Assembly: GCA_963777955.1 (NCBI GenBank)
Contig: CAVZSQ010000013.1
Coordinates: 224,001 to 288,000, forward strand
Source of the DNA: Calditrichia bacterium
Lineage (GTDB): Bacteria; Calditrichota; Calditrichia; JAJRVZ01
Length of the DNA: 64,000 bases
Direction: 5' to 3'
In this document: positions 1 to 10,782 of the stretch, one piece after another
Layout: the number at the start of each line of letters is the position of its first letter
Numbering within the stretch: the stretch's first letter is position 1
Program-made: the position numbers and the translations under genes
The notes under the pieces: model-generated
What the model was told of the DNA's origin: nothing
Database searches by the model: none
What the model saw: only the letters and a program-made list of their open reading frames with translations

Positions 1-692
<692 letters not shown>

Positions 693-736
693 GAGTACTC
701 CTCCAAAGTTGTTACGAATTCCGAACAAATTTACTG

Positions 737-809
737 AGCCCACGATCAGGATCGAACTGATGACCTCATCCTTACCAAGGATGTGCTCTACCAACTGAGC
801 TACGTGGGC
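737..809 (-). tRNA. tRNA-Thr(GGT), CCA not encoded
   Basis: GCCCACGTAGCTCAGTTGGTAGAGCACATCCTTGGTAAGGATGAGGTCATCAGTTCGATCCTGATCGTGGGCT folds as a cloverleaf, anticodon GGT. Confidence 0.97.
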
Positions 810-869
810 TTTAATGCAAAAAGACCATCTCCTCCGGTAAAAAAGGATGATTTCAGAAGATTGTATAAG

Positions 870-943
870 AGCGGGAGACGGGATTCGAACCCGCGACCAA
901 CAGCTTGGAAGGCTGTGACTCTAGCCAACTGAGTTACTCCCGC
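870..943 (-). tRNA. tRNA-Gly(TCC), CCA not encoded
   Basis: GCGGGAGTAACTCAGTTGG...CAGCCTTCCAAGCTG...GGTTCGAATCCCGTCTCCCGCT cloverleaf, anticodon TCC. Confidence 0.97.
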
Positions 944-1016
944 ATTTACTTATCACAATCTGCACGCGGTGCAAGTGTAACCGAACCAATCCGACTAAGT
1001 CATTTGAGTCGATTCG

Positions 1017-1089
1017 AGCTGGCGAGAGGACTTGAACCCCCAACCAGCTGATTACAAATCAGCTGCTCTACCTGTTGAGCTACGCCAGC
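1017..1089 (-). tRNA. tRNA-Thr(TGT), CCA not encoded
   Basis: GCTGGCGTAGCTCAACAGGTAGAGCAGCTGATTTGTAATCAGCTGG...GTTCAAGTCCTCTCGCCAGCT cloverleaf, anticodon TGT. Confidence 0.97.
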
Positions 1090-1154
1090 AGTTAATCTGG
1101 CTCACCGATACCCAAATGCCGCGTAAATCACCAATGAAATAATCAGAGCCAAGT

Positions 1155-1182
1155 AATTTAAATAATTTTATTTATATGTCAA
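1155..1182 (-). promoter_or_regulatory. Putative sigma70 promoter of the tRNA-tuf operon
   Basis: TTGACA-16 nt-TAAATT on minus strand in AT-rich spacer. Confidence 0.6.
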
Positions 1183-1297
1183 TAATTATTTTTGTTTTTT
1201 AACATAAAATTAGTACCCCTGGCTTGAGTCTAAGTTTATTATGACTGTTCCGATCAGGCCTGGAAATTAATTAATTTTCCTGAAAATAAGAATTAAA

Positions 1298-1326
1298 TTG
1301 ACATCCACGGGGTTAATCTTTAAATT
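1298..1326 (+). promoter_or_regulatory. Putative sigma70 promoter of rpsT
   Basis: TTGACA-17 nt-TAAATT about 50 nt upstream of rpsT ATG. Confidence 0.65.
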
Positions 1327-1377
1327 TTGCAACTTATAATGATTATTATAAATTAAAAAGGTTAAAAGGCAAACATT

Positions 1378-1632
1378 ATGGCACAGCATAAGTCAGCAGT
1401 GAAAAGAATCCGCTCTTCATCAACCAGACGATTACGCAACCGGCAGTACCGTAAAAAATTCAGTACCATCGTAAAATCCATTCGTGAGGCCAATACGAAG
1501 GCGGAGGGCGAAAAATTGCTAAGTGCAGCTACTCCCTATATCGATCAGGCTGCCAGCAAAAAGATCATTCACCGCAATAAAGCCAGCCGTGAAAAATCCA
1601 GACTGACAAAATTCGTCAGCAAATTAGCATAA
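1378..1632 (+). CDS. rpsT: 30S ribosomal protein S20
   Basis: MAQHKSAVKRIR...IDQAASKKIIHRNKASREKSRL, S20 signature. Confidence 0.97.
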   Translation: MAQHKSAVKRIRSSSTRRLRNRQYRKKFSTIVKSIREANTKAEGEKLLSAATPYIDQAASKKIIHRNKASREKSRLTKFVSKLA

Positions 1633-1653
1633 TTCTTATTCAGGCGTTTCGAA

Positions 1654-1698
1654 ATAAAAAAAGGCTGCCGGCACTTTATACCGGCAGCCTTTTTATTT
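1654..1698. terminator. Bidirectional intrinsic terminator between convergent rpsT and clpX
   Basis: AAAAAAAGGCTGCCGG-cactttata-CCGGCAGCCTTTTT: GC stem with A/T tracts on both sides. Confidence 0.9.
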
Positions 1699-1712
1699 AT
1701 AACTTAATATGT

Positions 1713-2960
1713 CTAGGCAGTTTTCTTGGATTTCTTGAAGGTCAAAACCGGATCTGCTTTCCCGCTGACCATTTCTTTGGTGATCGTACAGCTTTCTACA
1801 TTAGGTACCAGGGGCAACTTGTACATAATATCCAGCATCGTATTTTCCATGATCGCCCGCAGCGCCCGGGCACCTGTATTACGTTTCCTGGCAATATTAA
1901 CGATCTCGTTTAATGCTTCCTCAGCGAAACGTAATTGAATATTATCCAGACTTAACAACTTTTCATACTGGCGGACCAGGGCATTTTTTGGTTCGGTCAG
2001 GATCGAACGCAAAGCCTGTTCATCCAGATCATGCAGGGGGGCTACAACCGGCAACCGTCCGATCATTTCCGGGATCAATCCATATTCCAGCAGGTCTTCC
2101 GGCTCGGTCATGGCGTACAATTCGCCTTTGGATAGTTTGTTCATGTTTCTGCCGGCAGATTTAAATCCAATTTCTTTCTTGCCGGTTCTGCGGGCAATAA
2201 TGTCGGCCAGACCTTCAAAAGCTCCGCCGCAGATGAATAATATATTTTTAGTATTGATATTAACCAGACGCTGTTCGGGGTGCTTGCGGCCTCCCTGCGG
2301 CGGAATACCGGAAATCGTTCCTTCCAGAATTTTTAACAATGCCTGCTGCACTCCTTCTCCCGAGACATCACGGGTTATAGACGGGCTGCCATCTTTACGG
2401 GCGATTTTATCAATCTCATCCAGGTAAATGATGCCCCGTTCCGTCGGCTCAACCTGATAATCCGCCGCCTGGTAGAGTCGGACCAGCACATTTTCCACGT
2501 CTTCACCCACATACCCTGCTTCGGTCAATACCGTGGCATCGGCAATGGCAAACGGTACTTTCAGAAAACGGGCCAGCGTCTGGGCCAGCAGGGTTTTACC
2601 TGTACCGGTCGGTCCGATCAGCAGAATATTACTCTTCTCAATTTCAATACCTTCATATTCATGGGGATGATTAACTCTTTTATAATGATTGTACACTGCC
2701 ACCGACAGAATTTTTTTAGCCCGCTCCTGTCCGATCACATATTTGTCCAGCTCGCCCTTTATTTCCGAAGGAATGGGCAATGGACCACTGGTGAACATTT
2801 TCCTTTGCCGGCTGTGACTCTGGACGATATCCGCGGCTGTCTGGATGCACTCATTACAGATGTGCACACCGGGACCGGAGATCATACTCTCCACTTGTGT
2901 GGCGGTCTTACCGCAAAACGAACAAAAGGTTTTATTGATATTGTTTTTGTCTTTGGACAT
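1713..2960 (-). CDS. clpX: ATP-dependent Clp protease ATP-binding subunit ClpX
   Basis: C4 zinc finger CSFC..CNEC, Walker [34 protein letters not shown] loop. Confidence 0.98.
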   Translation of the reverse strand: MSKDKNNINKTFCSFCGKTATQVESMISGPGVHICNECIQTAADIVQSHSRQRKMFTSGPLPIPSEIKGELDKYVIGQERAKKILSVAVYNHYKRVNHPHEYEGIEIEKSNILLIGPTGTGKTLLAQTLARFLKVPFAIADATVLTEAGYVGEDVENVLVRLYQAADYQVEPTERGIIYLDEIDKIARKDGSPSITRDVSGEGVQQALLKILEGTISGIPPQGGRKHPEQRLVNINTKNILFICGGAFEGLADIIARRTGKKEIGFKSAGRNMNKLSKGELYAMTEPEDLLEYGLIPEMIGRLPVVAPLHDLDEQALRSILTEPKNALVRQYEKLLSLDNIQLRFAEEALNEIVNIARKRNTGARALRAIMENTMLDIMYKLPLVPNVESCTITKEMVSGKADPVLTFKKSKKTA

Positions 2961-3568
2961 TAACGTTTTTCCTTTGCCGGTGAAACCGGACTTTTGGTGA
3001 TTACTTCATCGATGATGCCGTAATTTTTTGCTTCTTCCGCAGACATAAAATAGTTCCGGTCAGAATCCGCAGCGATCTTATCGACCGGTTGACCGGTACA
3101 ATTGGCCAGAACCTGATTGAGCTCTTCTCTCAACCGCAATATTTCTTTGGTATGGATTTCGATATCGGTAGCCTGTCCTTCCACTCCGCCCATGGGTTGA
3201 TGAATCATGATCCGCGAGTGCGGCAGGGCAAATCTTTTACCCTTACTCCCGGCAGCCAGTAATATCGCAGCCATACTGGCTGCCTGGCCCACACAATTGG
3301 TGACCACATCCGGGCGGATATAATTCATGGTATCCAGGATGGCCATTCCGGAGGAAACGAGCCCGCCGGGACTGTTGATATACAGATTGATATCCTTATC
3401 CGGATCTTCAGCGGCTAAAAATAATAATTGGGCAATGACCAGATTCGCTATCATATCATCTATGGGCGTTCCCAGAAATATAATCCGCTCTTTCAGTAGC
3501 CGTGAATAAATGTCATAAGCGCGTTCACCGCGCCCGGTCTGCTCTATTACCATCGGCACCAGGGTCAT
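2960..3568 (-). CDS. clpP: ATP-dependent Clp protease proteolytic subunit
   Basis: [33 protein letters not shown] motifs. Confidence 0.98.
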   Translation of the reverse strand: MTLVPMVIEQTGRGERAYDIYSRLLKERIIFLGTPIDDMIANLVIAQLLFLAAEDPDKDINLYINSPGGLVSSGMAILDTMNYIRPDVVTNCVGQAASMAAILLAAGSKGKRFALPHSRIMIHQPMGGVEGQATDIEIHTKEILRLREELNQVLANCTGQPVDKIAADSDRNYFMSAEEAKNYGIIDEVITKSPVSPAKEKR

Positions 3569-4848
3569 ACGATTTCCAGATCCTTTCTGCTCTTTACCGA
3601 TTTCTCGGTCACTGTTATTTTTGAATTCGTCATAATATAGTCAAAAACTTTCTTCTCGAATAAATCGTTTAAAACCCTCTTTTTAATTTCTTTATTCTGA
3701 CGGTAAAAATTCTTCAATTTCTCTTCTTCTATTTTATTCAAAAATTCATCATAATCCTGTTCCCCGATCTGAATTTGTTCAGCGCGGGCTATAGCCTCCT
3801 GCAGGTAGAACCACTTGATATTGAACAGGGCGTCGGTACGGTAATTTTTCCGGGCTTCCTCGGTATCGATCTTATCATCCTTTCTGGCAATTTCGGCGAC
3901 AATCTTATCCAGGTATTCCGTGACCATTGCTTCCGGAATGTCGAAAGGATTTTGCTGTAACAATTCGTGCACCACCTGGTTATAAAAATGCTGCTCCGAT
4001 TCCTGTCCCCAGTGGCGGGCTAACTGTTCCCTGACCATTTCCCGCAACCTGTCCACGTTATCCACTCCGAGATTTAGTTCCTTGACAAAATCATCGTTCA
4101 ATTCCGGCAACTCGACACTTTCTATTTTTTTAATGCTGACCTGAAAACGTTCCTTCTTACCCGGTATCAATTTTTTGATCCCGCGTTCAGTATAACGTTT
4201 CTCAATAAATTTTTCTTCACCTGCGGCCAGTCCGACCATTTGTTCTTCCAGTTGCGGATCAAACTTCCCTGAACCCAACTGCACCTGGATATCGCTGTAT
4301 TTTTTGCCCACCAGCGGCATGCCGGATTCATCCAGTTCCTGCATATCGATCAGCAGATGGTGTCCCGGTTGAGCTTTACCCTCGACCGGAGCGACAACCG
4401 CTTTCTGCTGCCGCAAGATCAGCAACTGATCCTCTACATCCTCGTCGCTGAGCCGGTAGACCTCTTTCTCCATTTGCAGATCTTTATATTTTTTTAATTC
4501 AATTTCCGGATAGGTTTCCACTTCTGCTTCCAGCAGCAGATTCTTTTCATCATCATACTTAAAACTTTTAATCAGCGGCGGATTGAAAGGCAGTATATTA
4601 TTTTCTTTGGCACTTTTTTCAAAACCGTGTTGCAGGGCTTCATCCAGAGTATACTTTTCAATGGCATCGGCAAAACGGCTAAGAACGATGTGTTGCGGAA
4701 CACGTCCTTTCCTGAATCCTTTAATTGCGGCCTCTTTCTGGACCACCTTTATCTGGTGTTCACGGATCGCCTGCACTTCATCCGCAGATATCTTTATCTT
4801 CAACTGCTTGCGGCAGGCACCGCTACTGGTAATCTCAGCTGTGACCAT
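3565..4848 (-). CDS. tig: Trigger factor
   Basis: GFRKGRVP ribosome-binding motif; canonical tig-clpP-clpX order. Confidence 0.93.
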   Translation of the reverse strand: MVTAEITSSGACRKQLKIKISADEVQAIREHQIKVVQKEAAIKGFRKGRVPQHIVLSRFADAIEKYTLDEALQHGFEKSAKENNILPFNPPLIKSFKYDDEKNLLLEAEVETYPEIELKKYKDLQMEKEVYRLSDEDVEDQLLILRQQKAVVAPVEGKAQPGHHLLIDMQELDESGMPLVGKKYSDIQVQLGSGKFDPQLEEQMVGLAAGEEKFIEKRYTERGIKKLIPGKKERFQVSIKKIESVELPELNDDFVKELNLGVDNVDRLREMVREQLARHWGQESEQHFYNQVVHELLQQNPFDIPEAMVTEYLDKIVAEIARKDDKIDTEEARKNYRTDALFNIKWFYLQEAIARAEQIQIGEQDYDEFLNKIEEEKLKNFYRQNKEIKKRVLNDLFEKKVFDYIMTNSKITVTEKSVKSRKDLEIV

Positions 4849-4892
4849 TCTGTTCCTTTCTGCTGGATCAACTAAATATTAAACAGAAATGA

Positions 4893-4921
4893 AATTTACC
4901 TCTTCCATATTCTAAATGCAA
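4893..4921 (-). promoter_or_regulatory. Putative sigma70 promoter of tig-clpP-clpX
   Basis: TTGCAT-17 nt-TAAATT upstream of tig. Confidence 0.5.
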
Positions 4922-4949
4922 GATGTTAATCGGGCCGCTTTTGACTTCA

Positions 4950-4968
4950 ACGGGTCTGGCACACCCGT
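4950..4968. repeat. Short intergenic hairpin (REP-like)
   Basis: ACGGGT-ctggcac-ACCCGT inverted repeat downstream of addA. Confidence 0.3.
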
Positions 4969-5004
4969 CTATAACATTATGATATATCCGCAATTAATGA
5001 AAGA

Positions 5005-8000
5005 TTAACCGCTATGATACGGTTCAAAACGCTCTTTGATTTCCCGGATAATCTGTACAAAATCCTGTTCGATCTGCGGGAGATCTTCCCGGGTAAACGT
5101 GATCGGGCAATGCTGATCCAGGTGAGTAAAATAAAAATTTACCGTGTATTGCTGCTGCTGTGGATATAAATGGGCCAGTAATAAAGCATAGGTTTGTATC
5201 TGGATATTATAACGCTCCAGCACTTCCTGCACCTGCGTCCGCTCAATCCGGTTGGTTTTATAATCCAGAATCTCCCATTGTCCGGCTTCATTTTGAAATA
5301 TTTTATCCAGGGTACCGGTGATAAAATCACCGTCCAGCTGCATGAGCACTGCTACTTCATTTTGCGCTGTCCGGGCTGTCAGCACCTGCTGCATAAAAGG
5401 TGAATTCCGGATTTTAGGCACCAGTCCCTGTACATCCTGCCGCAGTTCCTGAATAAGATTCGGTTCACTGATATCAAATTCAAACAACCAGCGTTCAATG
5501 TCCTGCTGCGGATAAAATTGCAGGTAGCGATGCAGCAATTTCCCCTTCAGCAGGGCTTTTTCTTCTATAGATGTTGCCAGACGAAAACTTTTATAATCCC
5601 CCTCAAAATAACCCAGATGATAACGGCGGTAATATTCTTCCCTGTTCTCCCGGAAAGCCATTAATTGCGTGGCAGAAAAAATCTCACCCTGCGGATGGTC
5701 AGGGATACTTTTCAGGAACAAGGGTAATTCGCGAGAGGCAGGTTTTTGCTTCAATATGTCTTTCAACTGCTGTAAAGAACCAAAAACTTTGCTGAAAGTT
5801 GAATCCTCACTGACCGCAGAAGTCAAGGCCGTCCGCCTGACCCGTATAGTGCTGTTCTCCCAGTCGAATATCTCCCCCTCCCGGAGATCCTGCGGCTGGC
5901 GTCGCCAGGCCTGCAGCAACCAGTACAATGGCGTTTGAACCGGCACTTTTTGTTCGTCACAACAGGCACTGAGTACCAGCTGATCCTGGGCCCGGGTGCA
6001 ACCGACATAGAACAGGCGTTTTAATTCGGCCAGTTCTTTCTGCCGCTGTTCCTGCCGGACCAGGTTAAGCAGGCAGTACGAATCAGATTCCGGATAGTCC
6101 GGCGGCAATCCCATTTTACGGATGTGGGAGACCAGGCCAAGTTTTTCGTCAAAATAGGCTTCATCGGCACGGGGCACCCGGATTTTTTGCTCCAGATAAG
6201 GAAGAAATACCACCGGAAATTCGAGACCTTTGGCCTGATGAATAGTCATTACTTTTACGGTAAAGCGGTCCTCCAGTGCCAGAGGCGCTTCCCCCTCCTT
6301 GACCTGGGTATTGATCAGGTTTTGCAAATAACCGGTAAATTCACTGATCGTGGTAAAACCGGTCCGTTCAAATTCGGCGGCCAGAGCCAGAATTTTATCC
6401 AGATTAGCCGCCAACTGTTCACCCGGCAACTGGGCGCACATGACCGCGCGATACCCGCTTTGCTGGAATATTTCCCGCAGCAACTCCGAAAAATAAATGC
6501 CATCCCGCCGGTTCAGCCAGCCGCAGGCCTGCTGCCGGAAATATACCAGTTTATCCTGCTCGGCAGCAACTAAACCAGGGATTGCCGGCAGCTGCTCCAG
6601 TTTAGCCCAGTAACTGCCCGTATTTTTCGCCAGGGCCAGAAAAAGCAGAGTATCATCTGAAATGCCGGCAAAGGGCGAACGCAACAGGCCGATCAACGCC
6701 GGATCATCATGGGGATTCAACAGGAAACGCAGCAGATGATACACATCATAAATCTCCTGGCGCTGATAGAAACCAATGCCACCGATGGTTTTAAAAGGAA
6801 TCTCCTGCCGGCGCAATTGTTCTTCGACAGCGCTCAAATGATTACGGGTGCGCAGCAGAACTGCGACCTGGCCCGGTTGAATACCGGAATCGTTCAGATA
6901 TCTGTTTTATTCGTACAGCAATGAATTCTGCCTGAAGGTCAGAATCAGACTTTTCCTCCAGCAGGGCAAATTCGATCTGTCCTCCGGCTGCATCCCCGCG
7001 CTGGCTCGCTAACCGGGAATATTCCACCTCCCACTGATTCAGCTCCGAGTGTTGCATAATCCGGCTGAAACAGGCATTAATAAAAGAAGCCAGGTTTTCC
7101 TTAAAACGAAAACTCTCCTGGAAAACTACATTGCCCGGATACTGTTCTGCCGCAGTTGTACCGGCGAATTCCCGGCGGACGCGGTTAAAAACGCGGACAT
7201 CGGCATTACGAAAACCATATATTGACTGCTTGGGATCGCCGACAATGAAAAATTTATTTTGCTGCATCTCGCCCAGTTGCGCAATGATTTCCCATTGCAG
7301 CAGATTGGTATCCTGGAATTCATCCACCAGGATGAACTTGAATTGAGCGGCAATACGCTGGCATAAATCTGCATTATTCAGTAATAAATTCCTGACCCGT
7401 ATCAGCATATCCTCAAAGTCAATCCAACCCTGTTCATCTTTCTGGTCTGTATAACTTTTTTCTACCTTGGCATACAATTGATATAATTTTTGCAACTGCT
7501 GCAAAACCCGGCGGTCGACCAGACCGGGCGGAAGCATGGAAGTTTCCTTTAACCAGCGGGCGATGGGTGCAAGTAATCCGGAAAGTTGTTTTAAATGTTC
7601 CGCCGATCCATTTTTCCAGGATTTATCTCCGCCCAGCGGAGTAAGCACTTTATAGGCTGTGGCCTGCCCGGTCGTACAAGTCCGGGCCAGTTCAAAAAGA
7701 CTGGTCCAATATTCAAGGTCCGCTCGATCGGGCAGAGCGGAAAATTTTTCAATGATTCCACGAACTTTGCGGGCTTGTTCATGTTCCTGTGTTGTGCCGG
7801 AAATTTCATGCAGGATAGTTGTGCCAAGCGCCCGGACTTCTGCGAACGGATAATCCCGGAATGCAGCTTGTACACTGTTCAGGAAAAGATTGGATAATTC
7901 CTGGTACAGCATGTCTGCAGAACTGTTCTGATATTTCTGCACTAACGGTTGCATCTCGAAGCGGTGTTGCAGGCCGCTGCGTAATAATTCCTGAACCTGC

Positions 8001-8512
8001 CGGGTGCCAAATAATCTGAACAGATCCAGCCATTGCTGTTCATCAGCACTGATTTTTTCAAGTTCACTGCTGATGGTTTGTTCAATCAACAGTTCATTCT
8101 GCATTTCATTCAGTTGGCTGAAGTCCGGATCCAGTCCTGCTTCAACCGGATATTCCCGCAGAATCCTCAGGCAAAAGGCATGGATAGTTGAAATATAGGC
8201 AGAACTCAGGCGGTCACGCAGATCCAGCAATTCCTGGCGTCGGGGCAGGGTTGCTGTCTGATTCAGCAATTCATCCAGGCGTCCGGCTACCCGGTTGATC
8301 ATCTCAGCTGCCGCTTTGTTGGTAAAAGTAATCGCTAAAATTTCCCGGATATTAACCCCTGCGGTTAGCAGCAGATCCAGATAACGCTCTACCAGCACCC
8401 TGGTCTTTCCGGTACCTGCTCCGGCAGTTACAGCCAGATTGAGATTGCGCTGCAGCGCCCGGCGCTGTGTCGGCGTCAATTTTTCCGTAGATTGCTTAGC
8501 GATTACTGGCAT
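5005..8512 (-). CDS. addA: AddA-like UvrD helicase/PD-(D/E)XK nuclease, one frameshift near 6900 (ORFs 6842-8512 and 5005-6837)
   Basis: AGAGTGKT Walker A, ITFTNKAAAEM, LVDEFQDTN, VGDPKQSIYGFR; alternate frame restores QVAVLLRTRNHLSAVEEQ; MTIHQAKGLEF, LFYVGCTRA, nuclease GTLD...ILDYKT. Confidence 0.9.
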
Positions 8513-8663
8513 GCGGTTAATTTAAGCGGTACAGCGCAGCGATGCATTAATATTTATACTGGAGATTTAATGAGCCTGCATTGTATTGATGTTGAAACCC
8601 GGTAGATAGCGAGTAAATTATAAGGCTAACGAGTAAGAATCTTCGATTTCAAATGTTATAAAG

Positions 8664-8695
8664 ATTTCTCACCCCGATTTATCGGGGTGAGAAAT
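8664..8695. repeat. Perfect 15-bp palindrome (REP-like or terminator-like hairpin)
   Basis: ATTTCTCACCCCGAT-tt-ATCGGGGTGAGAAAT. Confidence 0.75.
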
Positions 8696-8740
8696 GATAA
8701 ATTGATACTTTTGAATCTTCCAGAAAGCACAGACTAAAAT

Positions 8741-9166
8741 TTATTCCTGGCTGATCTTAAGCCTGAGCGGTTTTATTTTCTTAGTTTCGCCTAAGGTTTT
8801 TTTAAGATCAGCCGGTGTGGACTTGGATTTAATGTTTTTCTTTTCCAGTTCAAGTCTTGGCCCGGAATCAACAGCCGAACCAAATTTTACCCGCACTTTT
8901 TTATCACCGCTGCGCGTATTGGTCACGATCCTCACCGCTACCTTCTGCGTTGATTTTCCTTCCTGCCGATAAGTGCTGACATTCTCCTGATTATTGTTCT
9001 CCGCTGCAGATTTATTTTGCTGTACACTTGATTGTGATGTGGTTTGCGCACCCGGTTGGAGTTGCTCCGGATTTTGCGGCTGCAGCTTAGCCGCTTTACT
9101 CGTTTCCTGCGCCCAACCGCTCAGGGCAAAGAACAGGATCAAACTGACGATTGCTATTTTTTTCAT
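8741..9166 (-). CDS. Hypothetical secreted protein, low-complexity Q/S/K-rich
   Basis: Signal peptide MKKIAIVSLILFFALSGWA; SD GAGGA upstream. Confidence 0.75.
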   Translation of the reverse strand: MKKIAIVSLILFFALSGWAQETSKAAKLQPQNPEQLQPGAQTTSQSSVQQNKSAAENNNQENVSTYRQEGKSTQKVAVRIVTNTRSGDKKVRVKFGSAVDSGPRLELEKKNIKSKSTPADLKKTLGETKKIKPLRLKISQE

Positions 9167-9210
9167 ATATTCCTCATTCTATTTCTCGATACAATTTTTA
9201 TACTTTTCGC

Positions 9211-10632
9211 TTAGTTTTTAACTGATACGTCGATCCACTCGCCATGGGTGACCAGGGAGTTTTTGTTTTTCCCGGTTGTATATTCGACGTAAGACTCGTA
9301 TGCAGAAATCATCAACTATGTTCATATCGCCAGTTGATTGTACTCGAATTGCGGAATATAACTGCGGCATAATCGGGGAAGATGAATCTGCGCCCAGGTA
9401 AAATCCGAACCCATAAGTCATGTAATAACCCGACATAGAATACATCATTGGCCGAGATATCCACATCCAGCCGGGGATAATAGTTATTGCCATCATAGGC
9501 GATGTAGACATTGGTAGTCCCGTCGTACAGATAGGTACTCGGCATATTATTAATAGTAGAACTCCATATTTTAAAATTAGCATAAGAAGCAGTAGTATCG
9601 CGGGAAGTTACGTACAGATAAATTTCCCTGACCGAACAGGTAACTGTGCCGGACGGTTTGTCAAAGCGGACGGCAAAATAGGATGGCAGATCGGAAGAAA
9701 GCGCATCTTCCAGATAACTGTCATCGTAGTACAGCCAGGTACCCAGGGGCGCCTCATCTTCCCCGCTGAGTTCAAGTTGAACATCATTCAGATCTGAATT
9801 CGTGGCTGCATCATCCGTATCTTCAATATAAGATCCCACATCATAATACGCATCGATCTTGAAATCGTACAGCCCGTGAGGAAAGTTATCGATGAATACA
9901 GCGACGGCATCAGCCGGATTGGCCCCGGTAATAGTAAAGGTTTCGGTTACGGCCAGCAGACTGTAGGTGCCGCTGCTGTAACTTTTCTGATATATGACCA
10001 GATATACATATGTGGTTACACCCAGATTTACATCAACATCAACGACCAGATCAGCCTGCGAAGCATAGCCGTCTTCGTCATTATCGACCACATTGTCCCA
10101 ATAGGCATCATAAATGGTTAAAGCCGCATCGGTGATGGATTCTTCGATCAGTATATCTAGTAAGGGCATCACCAAAATTATCATCATTGTAACTGGCCAT
10201 TTCCAGAATGGGATTCTCGGGATCAGACTCTTCGAATACCTGAATCAGGAAATCATAACTGCCTTCCGGTAATTCATCATTCGGCGAACCAACTGAAATA
10301 AAGACCGCATCTTCCCTGGTCGAACCGTCAATCGTAAAAACTGTACTTTCCATATAGCCATAATAACCCGCCGTGTCCAGCGGATCGGTAAAACGAACAC
10401 CGATCCACACGAACAAATTCGCACTACCACTGCTGACATCCAGGTCAAAATTCAGACGCAGATAGGAAAAGTAATCATCACTGTCGTTATCAACACCATT
10501 CGAAAACCAGACATCATAAAAGGAGACTACCTGCTTTTTCGGTTTTGATTCGCTGCTGGAACTGCAATTATTAAAATAAACTGATAAAAGTAAAATAAGA
10601 GCAACGCAGCAGAGTCGCTTGAAAATCTTCAT
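9211..10632 (-). CDS. Acidic lipoprotein with two related D-x-D-x-D-containing domains (choice-of-anchor-H-like); at least 3 frameshifts
   Basis: Lipobox-like YFNNC-SSSS; repeats FYDVWFSNGVDNDSDDYFSYLRLNFDLDV and IYDAYWDNVVDNDEDGYASQADLVVDVDV; ORFs 10108-10632, 9312-10187 and 9218-9583 join by single-base shifts; reconstructed end ...GEWIDVSVKN* at 9211. Confidence 0.6.
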
Positions 10633-10782
10633 AAAAGACTCCTCACTTTAATTTTAAAATAATAATGATTTTATCACCATTCAGAGCAAATTGGATTCAG
10701 AGTTATATCTGACTATTAATATTAATCATACAATAGCTAAAATCAATATTTATTTTCGGCCGGTAATTAAAAGAAATGAGAT

